From Octopus sinensis (lineage: Eukaryota), in contig NC_043013.1 in assembly GCF_006345805.1 (NCBI RefSeq), positions 310,001-374,000 of the forward strand: a stretch of 64,000 nucleotides of DNA. Direction: 5' to 3'. The notes below the pieces were generated by a model. It made no database searches and had not been told where the DNA came from. It worked only from the letters and a program-made list of their open reading frames with translations. Position 1 is the first letter of the stretch. Each line of letters opens with the position of its first letter. The position numbers were made by a program, and so were the translations under genes. Positions 52,086 to 64,000 of the stretch are shown one piece after another.

Positions 52086-52331
52086 GCTAGGTTCCCTTGT
52101 TCGAAAATATAAGGACACAGATTGTGTCATATAGCCAGCTGGAGACAATGTCCTAAACCAGGACTGCCATGTTATGTTGGCAAACAATCCTTACTACAAA
52201 GTACAGTTGCTGAATTTCTCACGTTGTGAGATTTAAAAATAGTAATTTTCTAATTTATAGATCAGTGACTTAGTTGTCACTTTGAAAACTATATATTTTG
52301 AACAAGACTTTGGCAGCGCCACCTCTAGCCG

Positions 52332-52392
52332 AACAATTATTCTGTGCTGATGAAGGGAAATAACCTGGAAATCGCAATACACAGGTATTGTT
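52332..52392 (+). ncRNA. Type I hammerhead ribozyme candidate, copy 2
   Basis: Identical to copy 1, offset by 307 bp. Predicted cleavage after 52379. Confidence 0.68.
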
Positions 52393-52889
52393 TTGAGCTG
52401 AGTGGAGGGTGCTAGGTTCCCTTGTTCGAAAATATAAGGACACAGATTGTGTCATATAGCCAGCTGGAGACAATGTCCTAAACCAGGACTGCCATGTTAT
52501 GTTGGCAAACAATCCTTACTACAAAGTACAGTTGCTGAATTTCTCACGTTGTGAGATTTAAAAATAGTAATTTTCTCAGAACTGCCAAAGTTTTATAATT
52601 GCCGTTCCATTCAACCTAACACTTGGCCACAAATAATCCTACCATCACACTATATTCCACACCACTTTTCAGATGTCTGGCAAAATATGATCAGAAATTA
52701 AGTGTTGTGTACGTCTTCTTTCAAATCAAGCCTAGAAAGATCTTAAATTACAAATCAATATGTTAAGTGGCTTAATTCATTTTAATCCACAGGTCAAATG
52801 CTTTGAATATACAGCTAAGCGTTCCGGACACAGTATATGTCAGTTCAGATTCAAAGCTAGTGCAAGATTCAGAGTCTTTCCCCACATCA

Positions 52890-53600
52890 TGAAACATAAT
52901 TGTCATCATCATTTTATGTTTGTTTTTTTCCTCTGCCTGTGTAGATTCGATGGTTCCTCAGCACAGCATCCGGCCAACTTATTAGTCCTTGTCATCTCAT
53001 CATCCTACATTTGCAGATTCATCTGTCATTTTTCATCATCTCACCTCTTTTATCATTCACCACCACTGCTCACATTACACATCTACTGAACTATGCTCAC
53101 TTTCTGCCTTTACAGTCTTCCCACAGTCTCCACATTCCTTGTTCAGGTTTATTTACTATGCAATATTGCATTTTATACACAAGCTTTATATACTTGGAAA
53201 TCCTTTTATTATCAAAAGGGGGTAACAAAAGCATGCTGAACCTTTCCCAACCTGTCCTGACTGGCTACTACGCTTTCACAACATCCACCTACAATGCTGC
53301 TTCAGTAACCTAGGTAACAGAACATCCACCTACAATGCTGCTTCAGTAACCTAGGTAACAGAACATCCACCTACAATGCTGCTTCAGTAACCTAGGTAAC
53401 AGAACATCCACCTACAATGCTGCTTCAGTAACCTAGGTACAGAACATCCACCTACAATGCTGCTCAGTAACCTAGGTAACAGAACATCCACCTACAATGC
53501 TGCTTCAGTAACCTAGGTAACAGAACATCCACCTACAATGCTGCTTCAGTAACCTAGGTAACAGAACCCATGGACCAATTGTTTTTGACAGCTTATATGG
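52890..53600 (-). mobile_element. Old RTE LINE relic containing a 41-bp minisatellite
   Basis: The minus strand reads FCYLG...GGCCESVVA...GW.RF...KACV-like RTE C-terminal motifs. Confidence 0.65.
53282..53566. repeat. Minisatellite, 7 x 41 bp
   Basis: Unit catccacctacaatgctgcttcagtaacctaggtaacagaa. Units 4 and 5 each lack one base. Confidence 0.97.
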
Positions 53601-54776
53601 TGCCCCCCCCCCCCCGAAAAGATATCCCACAAAACCAATCTACATCCTTTAAACACAATGTCAGAGTTTGCATTATTAATAATGAGGTGATGGTTCATGA
53701 AATGGCCAACCAAATCTCAGATGCACCTTAGAAACTATCAAAATGCAATCCAAATAGCAAACCACCTTGAAGTTCAGATCTTAAGACAAGATCAATTTTG
53801 ATGACAATGGTTTGTTGAGCAAGATTTGGTAATTATAACAGGTAACCTGAGCAAACTACATAAAATTTTCCCCAAGTCCAAGATTGATCTATTTTCCTTT
53901 GCTATCAGCTCTCTGAAATCGATGTTTATTTCAATAGACAGGTGAATATTTTTAGATTTCAAGACCAAATTTTAGTATGAACTTAAATTATCTGATTATA
54001 TAATCTATAATTTATTACAATTGATTAAATTGATTATCTACTGAGGCACTTGCTGATGCAAAGACAAACAAATATAAACCAAAACTGTATCTTTTCTAAC
54101 AATAAGGATCAATTTTTCAATGTATTTTTAGTAATTGAGGAACTCTCCACCTTCACTGACTCTGCAGTTTCATTGGAGAGGCTAACTTAGCACATTTTAT
54201 AGAAAGGCATTTTATTATGTAAACTAATTTAAAATATTACTACTTTTACTACTACCATCTAAAAATACATTCCATCCAATCACACACTGCCAGCATGACA
54301 ATAATCAACTGGCAACAGATTCTTCAAATTCCTGACATTTCAAATTCAACTTCAAATGGTTTTTTTTTGGTTTTTTTATTGTTACTTGCATGTGTGTGGA
54401 TATTCATGCAATTAATATTTACAGATGTTTAACAAAGACTGAACTGTGAAAGAATTGCCTTATTTAAGATCTATAGCAGAGTACAATGTAAACAATAATG
54501 TATTTGAAGGAGAATAACCCCAAAGGAGCATTCTGTATATTAAATACTGACATAATAGGGTTTTACACATGTGATAATACCAAGTCCAAAAACTTCAATC
54601 AACCAAAGATTAAGTAATGAGAACACAAAAACTCTTAGGAATATTCAGAATTTAAAAACAGGAGAAATAATTCCATTAAGAATAGATTAAAATTTTGGAC
54701 AATATAGAGAGAAGCCAGCCAAACTGGAATGTAATATGGTCTTTAAAGCCAAACTGGAATGTAATATGGTCTTTAA

Positions 54777-55857
54777 CCCTTTCGTTACTATATTTCTGAC
54801 CAAATTACACCCCTTATGTGTTTCAATTAATTTCTAACGTAATCATAAATTTAGTCTGGTTTCATTAAACAACTATAACTTTTTTATTTATCAATATATT
54901 AATGTGATTTTTGGAAGATAATTTAATGAAATATTCTCAACCAATTCTATACTATAATTTTTGTCACAAAGTGACTCTATTTGCAGGTAGATACAGGTAA
55001 ATTCCACAAAATATAAAATTATTAAAATTTTGTTCAAACATCGCTATAGAAAATATTAGCTAATATTCAATTGGGTATACAACAAAATTTTACGATAGAA
55101 TTTGTTATTCTGGGTAACTTTCTGATACCCATAATAATATTTATGGCAAAATAGGCCTTAATTTCATTTAAGGTTGTGGGAAATAACAAACTATCCTTTC
55201 TTTCGTTTTGTTTACGTTTAGCGTAACGGTTCGTTTTCGCTGTAATGATTTCAAATAGTCTCATTCGAAAAAGTAAAAAGAAATAGTCTAAGGCTTTACT
55301 CTTCTGGGAAAGTCTGTGGCTTGGTCCAGTTTCTGCAGAAAAATCACCGAAAGAAACAGTTTTTAAATTTTCACTCCATTCAGGTGCCAATTCGTTTTCT
55401 TTATCGCTATCGGAGATCTCAGATTCACCGTTTTCACTTTCGGAAAATGAAACATCAAATTCATTATCAAATACCATGTGCTTTTTTTTTCAGTCATAGA
55501 GTTAGATTTATGAAGGTCTTCAGTAGAAAATCCTTCGAATTCTGACTCGCTGCTTGATATAATGAAATTCGTATCCATTTTTTGTCAGAATTACAAATTT
55601 TGAAAACACAATAGGAACAAATTTCGGAAAAAAATCTCCCAAAATTCACGGAATTAAAATTACACTTCGATTATTGTACAAAACTGTAGTTGAACTGTTT
55701 ACGAAGTATAATACGTGTTTTCACGAATGGACTGAAGAGATTTGCTCTGATATTCTCATTTAAATATGAATAAGTAAATTCGGGCGGCTTTGGGCAGTTT
55801 GGTTTCATAAACCAAAATTTTTTTCGGGCGGCTTTGGGCGGTTTGGTAACGAAAGGG
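54777..55857 (-). mobile_element. Internally deleted piggyBac transposon (1081 bp)
   Basis: TTAA at 54773-76 and 55858-61, 12-bp TIR ccctttcgttac. Frameshifted acidic N-terminus plus transposase segment (GPS...ALDYFFLLF...TNRYA...TTLNEIKAYFAINIIMG, ORFs 55363-55578 and 55067-55477). The DDD core is absent. Confidence 0.92.
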
Positions 55858-56572
55858 TTAAAGCCAACCAGTGAAAGTTGACAAATGAAACAAGCAGAAA
55901 AGAGGATTAATACAGGTAAATGTGAATGGAATGAGCAAGATGAGAAAAAAAGGGGTTTTATGCATTAGTTGTAGTGGGGAACCAAGAGAGCCTATATGAT
56001 CAATGTTTATAATACCTAGAGACAAAATAACAGAATTGGAACCATTGAAAGGCTGTAATTAGCCATCCATCTCGAGCTGTTGAAATTCAGCTTGAAATGA
56101 AATACAATTATTGAGTACATATAACTACGAAAGCAACTAAAAACAATTCAGTTTAAACTATATGTAACTCATAACTATCACACACACATATACAGACATA
56201 CAGAGCTGGCCAAAAGTTACCTGACAGTAAATCAAAACCATTTAATTCCAAAATTTATCTTTGCTTAACAAGTGAATTTAATAAAAAGCATCTAAATATG
56301 AAACATCATGAAAATTGTTCGAACTGAAGTCCTTCTTGAGCAACACATTTTCCCATTCAAGTCAATATAGAACTACGGATAGTATTTATGGAATTTTGAT
56401 TTACTATCTGGTGACTTTTGGCCAACTCTGTATGTGTGTGTGTGTGTGCGCGCGCGTGCGTATATAATAATATATATATGCATATATACATGTACATACA
56501 TCTATACATACATACATAATATATATATATATACACACACACTTTATTTCAAAACAGCAGAAAATTCAACAA

Positions 56573-56616
56573 AACCTATTACTCTGAGTTTCACGTTCCC
56601 GTTCGTCGGACAGTTT
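56573..56616 (-). ncRNA. Minimal hammerhead-like motif with U4C core, within a 36-bp inverted repeat (56542-56577 / 56632-56667)
   Basis: Minus strand: ctgt CCGACGA acg-GGAA-cgt GAAA ctc-a-gag TA | atag. Confidence 0.45.
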
Positions 56617-56721
56617 TTGCTAGAATCGGACAGGTTTTGTTGAATTTTCTGCTGCTTTGAAATAAAGCATATTACTCTACCCCTGGTATTTGAGTACTCT
56701 TTTTTCCACCTTTACTCCGGC

Positions 56722-56753
<32 letters not shown>

Positions 56754-56987
56754 AGACAGAGGATATCACAAAACGTGTGCAACAAGAAATTACAAAGTAC
56801 GAGTACATGGAATATGAACTATTTTTTTAAACAACAAAAGACACATGGAAAACAAGACAAACAACACAAAGAACGACCCTTCATCAGTTGTTGGTTGTTT
56901 TTCTACTCTCGTATTTCAAGCATTTAATATATATATATATTATGTATATACACAGATAGATAGTTAAACATAGATGTGAAGGCATGT

Positions 56988-57115
56988 GACCAAGTGGTTA
57001 AGGAACTGCTAGATCATGAGTTCGATTCCCAACCTGGACAGCACATAGTGTTTCTTGAGCAACTTCATTTCATGTTGCTCCAGTCCACTCAGCTGTAAAT
57101 GGGTCCCCCTGTGAT
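56988..57115 (+). mobile_element. tRNA-derived SINE, a third family
   Basis: gtgaccaagtggttaagg ... gagttcgattccc head followed by a cttgagcaac...ttgctccagtccactcagctg central domain. Confidence 0.6.
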
Positions 57116-59012
57116 GCAATAGCCTTCCAATGGAGGGGGGCTCCTTTCTTAGCCAGAGGATGGCATCACTAGAAAGCTAAATGCAAAACCCATTGTGACC
57201 AGTGATGTATAACATCCAAAAGTCTGGTGAATACTGTGACATACATGTATATAAGGGGCCACTTTTATTCTATGTTTATAAAGGGAATGTTTAATCTAAG
57301 TAGATAAAAAAGCCATAATTCATTATATGTTGAACACAAGTGTTAAATCAAATTACAAAACACTGACAAAATTGGAGAAAATTCTGAAATGCATATGTAA
57401 TAAAATAACAGTTTGATTAAGTATTTAATTCTGAGCTAATTAACATACGAACAGGGATTTTTGCAAACATCAACTGTGAACTTAATACTGAAAGCAGATT
57501 TACTTTTAGATTCAATACAATTTTCAGTAATAATTTAAACAAGCTTCATTAAAAGCAATAATTTAAAAACTGATAAATTAAAAATTGGTATCAATAACAT
57601 ATTAGAGAACTTAAAAAAACAAACCAATAACACACACACACACCATTGAGTTGTTTACTGTAAATAATTTTTCAAGATAAAAAAATATTCACAAATTCCA
57701 TCTATTTCTTTTGTAGCAGGATGTGAGAGCTAGCGTATTGTTCATGCCAAGTTCTGGACCATTTCAAATGGTGAAGTGTATATTTGATATCTTACAAGAC
57801 TGACTAAGCATCTGAACAAGTAAAGAAAATGAGGGTGGAGTAATTTCTTTACTTTTAAATGAACCAGATTCCTAGATTGACATTTTTATCATTTTATTTA
57901 ACAGGATTGGATGACTTTTAAAGTTTATAGGCATGGCTGTGTAATGAGAAGTTCACTTCCCAACCACATAGTTCCAGGTTCAGTCCCACTGCATGGCACC
58001 TTGGTCAAGTGTCTTCTATTATAGCTTTGTGAGCAGATTTGGTAGATAGAAACTGAAAGAAATCCATCATGAACACATTTGCATATTAAGCAAGTGTGTT
58101 TTTGTTTGTCTCCCTCACCCCAGCACTTGACACCTGGTGTTGGTATGTTTATGTCCTTGTATCTTAGAAGTTCAACAAAGGAGACTGATAGAATAAGTAT
58201 GACACTTTAAAAAGTAAGCCTTGGGGCCAATTTGTTTGACAGTGCCCCAGAATTATGTCTACAGACTAATGAGTGAAAGATAAAAGATAGAAGACAAATC
58301 TCAAATTCATTACAGTAAAATGTACTTATTAATGCCAACCACTCAACTATGAAATTAGTGATCCTTGATAGCTACGCAGACCTCTATACAGTTATGTAAT
58401 TTACCAAAATAACTGTGATAACAATTGACCATGTGATTAGTAAATAAATGGTCCAGCACTTTAACTGAGCCTTTGCTGAATCTCACAAATGAAGAACTTT
58501 AATACTAACAAGCATTTAATCTCTTGCATTCTTTCATTTCCAGCAGATGCCTTCTGATTTGTTTCACTAAGGTTAGTTATTTTACCAAAAATTAAGTTAT
58601 TAGTTTGTAATTATCCTGATTGTGATTTAACTACCTGTTATGTCGAACAGCTTAATGAAAACTTTCAAATAGATGTGGTTAAGAATTTCAAGATTATATT
58701 ACATAATATAAAAATTGGACCAGGGAATCAAACCTTATATATCCTTTAAAGTTAATCATAGAAGTAAAACAAAATTCCAGGCACTTTTTAAATTGACATC
58801 AAAATTTAACATTTTTAACTTTAATGATAAACTGAAAGTTATGAAAATTTCAATGAAAATGCAAATTAAATTGTTTCAAAATCACATCATATAGTGATCA
58901 AAGTTTTTTCATTATGCAATTACTAAAAGGGGCAAACATTTGTGAAGCTGGTCTCCCATCTATGTTATCTCAGGATCAGTCGCCCTGTGCAGTGCTTTGG
59001 GTAAGTGTCTAC

Positions 59013-59228
59013 TATGAAGGGAAGCTGAAAAGTTCATGGCTTTAAGGGTATCATGAAAGGCCTGGTTGGGGGCCCAACCTTCCAAGTTCTTTTACAGGGC
59101 TTAGAAAGATTGAAGGACCACTGCAATATATGTGTGAACCTAAGAGGGAAACATGTTCAATTAAATCAATACTAGTCCTCCTGTGTTTTCTTTTACCCAA
59201 GTCCAGGAACTTTTCAGAACCCCCTTAT
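59013..59228. mobile_element. Mariner-type MITE nested in a SINE
   Basis: TA-flanked imperfect TIRs gaagggaagctgaaaagttc ... gaacttttcagaaccccct. It interrupts the SINE motif aagtgtc(ttc)tac/tagc. Confidence 0.65.
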
Positions 59229-62200
59229 ACTAGCTCTGGGTAGACAAAGGCCTTGCGATTGGATTTGGTAGAGAGAAATTGAAAGAAGCCCATCATCTGT
59301 CTTCCTACATGTATATATATGTCAAGTCTCCTTGACTTGACTTAATATGACAGAAGTAAATGAATGTCCTTTCTTTCCAATCTTCCATGAAAACATGTCT
59401 AGACTGAGGAAATATTACCTTACTTGCAAACAAGTGGGTTGATAACAGGAATGGCATCCAGCTATAGAAAATCTGTCATAAACTCCATTTAATCCATGCA
59501 AGAATGGGAAAATGGACATTAAATGATGATGAGAGAGAGAGAATACTTTTATAAACAAACTTAGAAGCACCAAGTGGGTTGGTAGTTTACAGGAAATAAA
59601 GTAAATCTCAAATGTGAAATAGCTGTGAAAACAGCCTAGAAAACTGGGTAAATACTCCAAGAAGACAGAAAAAAGTTGCCAGAGGGTGGCTACAGAGAAT
59701 CTGATCCTGTGCATCATGGGTATTGGCTGAGCATGCTGTACCATCTAAACATTTTGTTTCTTTTGGTGTTATTTCAATATTCCAGCTTAAAGGGGTTTGC
59801 ATTCTTATATTTAAGGCATCCATTTATTTGTCTCAAGTTGCACTACTTTCCATTTAAAGCAGCAATAGTGTTTGGAGATCCTTTTCATACAATGTATTTT
59901 CCAAAAGGCAACTTGGTTAATATAACCCTTCAGGCTCAAAATAGTATGCAAAAGATGAAGATAGCCCTTTCTGACTGAATATTGCTTAAATTATTCTAAA
60001 TGGTGATCAACATGTTAATTACAACAGTGAATTTATTTTAACATCTTCAGAACAGAACCAGCTCTCTTTTCCATAACATCTATAGAGGCTAAACTTTTAA
60101 AAGCATGCAAATAATGCTTTCCAACCATTGAAGTTCTGGGTTTGATCTCAATGCACAGGAACTTGGACAAGTGTTTTCTTCTGTAGTTTCAAATCAACAA
60201 AATTGTGTGAGTTGAATTTGGTAGACAGAAACTATAAGCTTGTCGGATCTACTGCCTAACTGAACATCAACACCTGGCCTTTAAATGTCTTTAGTAGAGT
60301 GCATTCTGTTGCAGGCATGTAAATTTGGTCTCTTCCTTCTAGTCAGAGAGGATTTGAAAGGGGCCAAAAGCAGTCACCTTCCACCTTTTAAACACACACA
60401 CAACTTTAGAACATTATTTTAAAGTCTTAAGAATAACATAACATTCACAGTATTAAATTTAACAAAATTCATTTTTGTTTTGATTGGAACTTTAAATTTG
60501 ACAAGTCCGAGTCAAAATGAATATAGTAAAAGAGTGCTGTGAGTGTGGAAGCACACAGGTGTGCTGGCATGCACGTGCACCCATTCATCCAGCACTACAA
60601 TTCTTTTCCCCATACTAGCACAGGTTAGAGGAACACTTACTGAAATAGATTTTCTCTGGTTGAATGCTTGTCTATCACTAAGCTTTAACTATTTTCCAAA
60701 CATTCCCCTCACCCTTACTGTCATTGCATGAGAACACAAACAATGACATTCATGCACACACAAACTTTTACACAGAAGACTAACACAGTATGTGTGTGTG
60801 TGCGCGCTTGTTTGAGAGAGAAGGGAGATTCTTCTCACAAAGTATTGATCAGACAGACAATATTAGTAGAAAATACCCAACATGTAGTGCAGTTGGACTA
60901 AACTCAGAGCCACATGGTTGCAAAGTAAATCTCATAACCACATAGCTATACCCATGGATGCATATATCACTGGTTGGGTAACTAGCTGATGTATTAGTAT
61001 TGATAGAGATCAGCTGATACACTTAAGCACTTGCTTAAGGACTTTTCAAGCCTATGGCCTTTCTTATAGGTGACAGAATGGTTAAGATAGGAACTCAGAA
61101 TACAAGAGGAACAAATGCTGCAGTGTATTTTTCAACATTCCACTATGTTGAATTGGTACTGTATCAACCCTGAAAGGATGAAAAGCAAAATTCACCTACA
61201 TGGGATTTTTTCAAAATAATTAAGTAGTCACATTTATTTTTCTTTGTAATAACATTTTAAATCTATTGTTTTTTCCTCCTTTAAATCACTGATATAGAAA
61301 ATTACAGTATAATTCTCAGAATGACATTCTGTATTACATGAACAAATTCCACTTGAACAGGTAATGAAGGCAAGAATTTAGCAAATTTTTTTAAAGTAAT
61401 TACTAACTGATTTAGAGCAAGGTTATACAAACTGAAGATGATATCAGCACAAGATGACATATGCCAAAATGAATGCAGCAAACAGAGGCTCTATAATAAA
61501 AGTATCAGCAAAGCCAATTGTTGTACCAGCTTCTCCTCCTCCTACAATCACTCCCACTGTAAAACTGTATGCCTTCCCCAGAGACTGCACACACAATACC
61601 CCCTTTTTCCCTATCCTCCCTCTCATCACTTACAAATGAATCTAAACATTAATCACACTAACCTTACCTTAGAGAATGTATAAAAAAAAATGAGCTGGAC
61701 CATTTTGTAAAATTTTTAAATTTGCATTTGAAATGAGGGAAATATTTTTTAGTCATCTCTTTCCAAATTCTAACAAATCAAATTACAAAGTAGGAACATC
61801 ATTTATTTTCAAGTACTGCACCAGTACCTCAAAAGCCCAGTCCCTGTTCAATCAAAGTTCAAATTATAAACTACATTGTAGCTGGACAGAGTGTATAACA
61901 ATTCATTATTTCAGCCTGTTCTTGGATGATGTCAGAGATCAAAGTTAAAGATCTGGGTTTGTTATACTAGCAATTCACCAATAACACATTCAGGTCTCTC
62001 CTTTAACCTACTTCAGACAATTAACATTGAACTTTTAGCATTTTCTCATTTGGTTATTATCTTTCCATTTCATTTGTTTTTATAACCAGTGTTTCAATCT
62101 TGCAAATCTTTAATCTTTACACAATTTGTCAGCAGTTTATTCCAAATTAGATTTTTAATATCCTGCAATGGTTTCTCACTCATCAGAAAACCAATTTGTC

Positions 62201-62627
62201 ACAGAGAAAGTAATGAATCAATGGATTTCAAAATCTGCAGAAACGAGAGCCAACATTGGCACCATTTAACCACTGACCATTACACACATTTAACTTGGGT
62301 TAGGGTTAATACAGCCATTAGCAAAACTCAGCAACTTCAACTGAACTCATCCAATCTATTATCCAAGCATCATAGTGTAGAAAGTAAAACTATCAATCTG
62401 AAAAAATAACCATTTCAATGTAACTTTCCTTGTTTTAGAGTATTAGCATACCTGTCTAGAAATACAAATGCTCTTTACCAAAATAACATGGCTCCTCACA
62501 TTTGCATATCCTAATGGTTTTGTAGAATGGTGGAAGAGTTTGCAGGCCATATTTGCAGTACATAACTAAAAATGATTTTATGACAAAGCCCTTACAATGA
62601 AATTAAAACAAGAGCTGTTTTGGTAGG

Positions 62628-62696
<69 letters not shown>

Positions 62697-64000
62697 TGCA
62701 TTCTCATTGCAGAACAGAATCAATCAAGAAAATTTAGAAATTTTTGAGAATCTTAAATTTAAATGCTTAAAAAATGAACAAAAGGTGTGCTTCAAAAAGT
62801 TTTGTAAGTGCTTGGTTCTGATTTTGGTCTTAGTGGTATTTACTCTGCAATGAGGTAACTCCCTAAAAATAGACACAACTCAAGGTAAACCCAACCTTTT
62901 AAAAAAAGGACAAAGATCAATAAATTGGGTACTAAAATATGCACAACCAATATAATTTGTTAAAACCCTTGAAAACAATACCCTAGTATGGCCACATTCC
63001 AATCACTAAAACCAGTATGAAAATAAGATATATCTTGACATTCAGAAAAAAACCATTTGATTTATAGATCAATAATATTACTAGAGCTGGAGAGGAAAAT
63101 CTAGTCTTAGAAGCCCTCGTGTGTGACTTTCTGAAACAATTCTTACTTCAATAAAATTCTATTTGCAAAAATGTATACAGAACTACTTTAACTTGTCTTT
63201 AATGTGGGTTTCAAATACAAATAGGTTTATCAGTTGTCAACTAGAGCCTAGAGTAGCTAGACATTTAATGACCTGCTATTACTGATGATACAGAGAATTT
63301 CTTTTCATCAAATATACAGGTTATATGATGAGGTGGAGAGACTTCATGTCACACAGAACAAGATAGAGAAAACTGAAAGTTCTTAGCAGACAAATAGGAA
63401 GAGAAATGTCTTCTATACTTGTGATGTTAAATAAGTTGATAAGGTGATGCATGAAGATTATAATGGTATGAGAATCAATAATAAAAAACTGTGACTAAAA
63501 ACTCAATGTAAAATAAGTAGAGAAAGAGGAACCAGATTAAAGCAGATCTGTCCATACCAATGAATTACAGAGATTATAATTCATCTTCCATTTGTCCAGA
63601 TGAAGAACAGCTCCCATGATCTTTGCCAGATCTCTCATGATAGTGAAGAAGTGGGGGAAAGACCACAACCAATGGGTTGATACAGTTGAAAGCAACACAT
63701 CAAAATGTTGCACTCAATCCTCGGACTGGAGACAGTCTGAATGACTGCAACTAAATGGACTCTGCTAAAGACACCCATCAGTCCAATGGTGACATTACAG
63801 TAATCAACAGATTAGTTCTACAGTTTGATGGCTTCTGCACTTTCTAGGCCACAGTAGAAAACACATGCCCATACTGTGCATGTGGAATGAAACCCAGAAC
63901 CATCCGATTGCAAAATGAACTTAAAAATAAAAGCAACAGGCTGGACAGGATTAAGTTTAGAAATATACAGAAGTTACGAATTTTAACAGTGAAAGAGTAA

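Larger units (their letters stand above)
51743..52580 (+). mobile_element. Penelope-pLTR/retrozyme-like insertion: inverted 5' pieces plus about 2.3 tandem units of 307/325 bp, 10-bp TSD
   Basis: TSD actgccaaag at 51733-51742 and 52581-52590. 51743-51780 and 51811-51847 are inverted copies of unit sequence. The two hammerhead-bearing units are identical except for an 18-nt indel (52393-52410). Confidence 0.75.

Noticed and set aside
53282-53566. Regular 41-bp array as a CRISPR
   Set aside because: Head-to-tail units with no unique spacers, derived from an RTE LINE, in eukaryotic context.
56860-56930. CTGATGA on minus at about 56887-56881 as another hammerhead
   Set aside because: No downstream GAAA or stems II/III. 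At most a truncated repeat end.
58520-58580. Plus-strand polypyrimidine-CAG...GTTAGT as a micro-exon
   Set aside because: It contains a stop in the ATG frame, has no partner exons, and such signals occur by chance in AT-rich DNA.
59600-59930. Possible Tc1/Tc3 transposase remnant on minus
   Set aside because: The motif resemblances are weak and in the wrong order.
61444-61629. Hydrophobic 61-aa ORF (VGVIVGGGEAG...) as a membrane-protein exon
   Set aside because: No recognisable family, no consistent splice sites around the frame, and low-complexity purine-rich composition.

Overview
AT-rich, repeat-dense animal genomic DNA. The repeat families look cephalopod (Octopus-like), which is an inference from recognition and not from a database search. 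The only host gene I can support is protein kinase CK2 alpha on the minus strand. Five GT-AG coding exons lie at 24285-24396, 16476-16577, 7360-7410, 3844-3903 and 3639-3722 (112/102/51/60/84 bp), covering about residues 34-170 in human numbering, with several unusual substitutions. I did not find the first coding exon or the downstream exons in the window. The rest is intronic or intergenic and full of mobile DNA: RTE LINEs (one with a long open RT ORF containing a PHD finger), CR1-group and HERO-type LINE ends, Penelope-like insertions, mariner, piggyBac, hAT and Helentron-type relics, tRNA-derived SINEs and microsatellites. The most striking non-coding signal is a set of hammerhead-ribozyme-like motifs. 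Two identical type I hammerheads lie 307 bp apart in a TSD-flanked tandem repeat (51743-52580). A core-variant minimal hammerhead lies in a hairpin (56542-56667). A decayed one lies downstream of a tRNA-like module in a Penelope insertion (8032-8511). Most ORFs in the supplied track are spurious.
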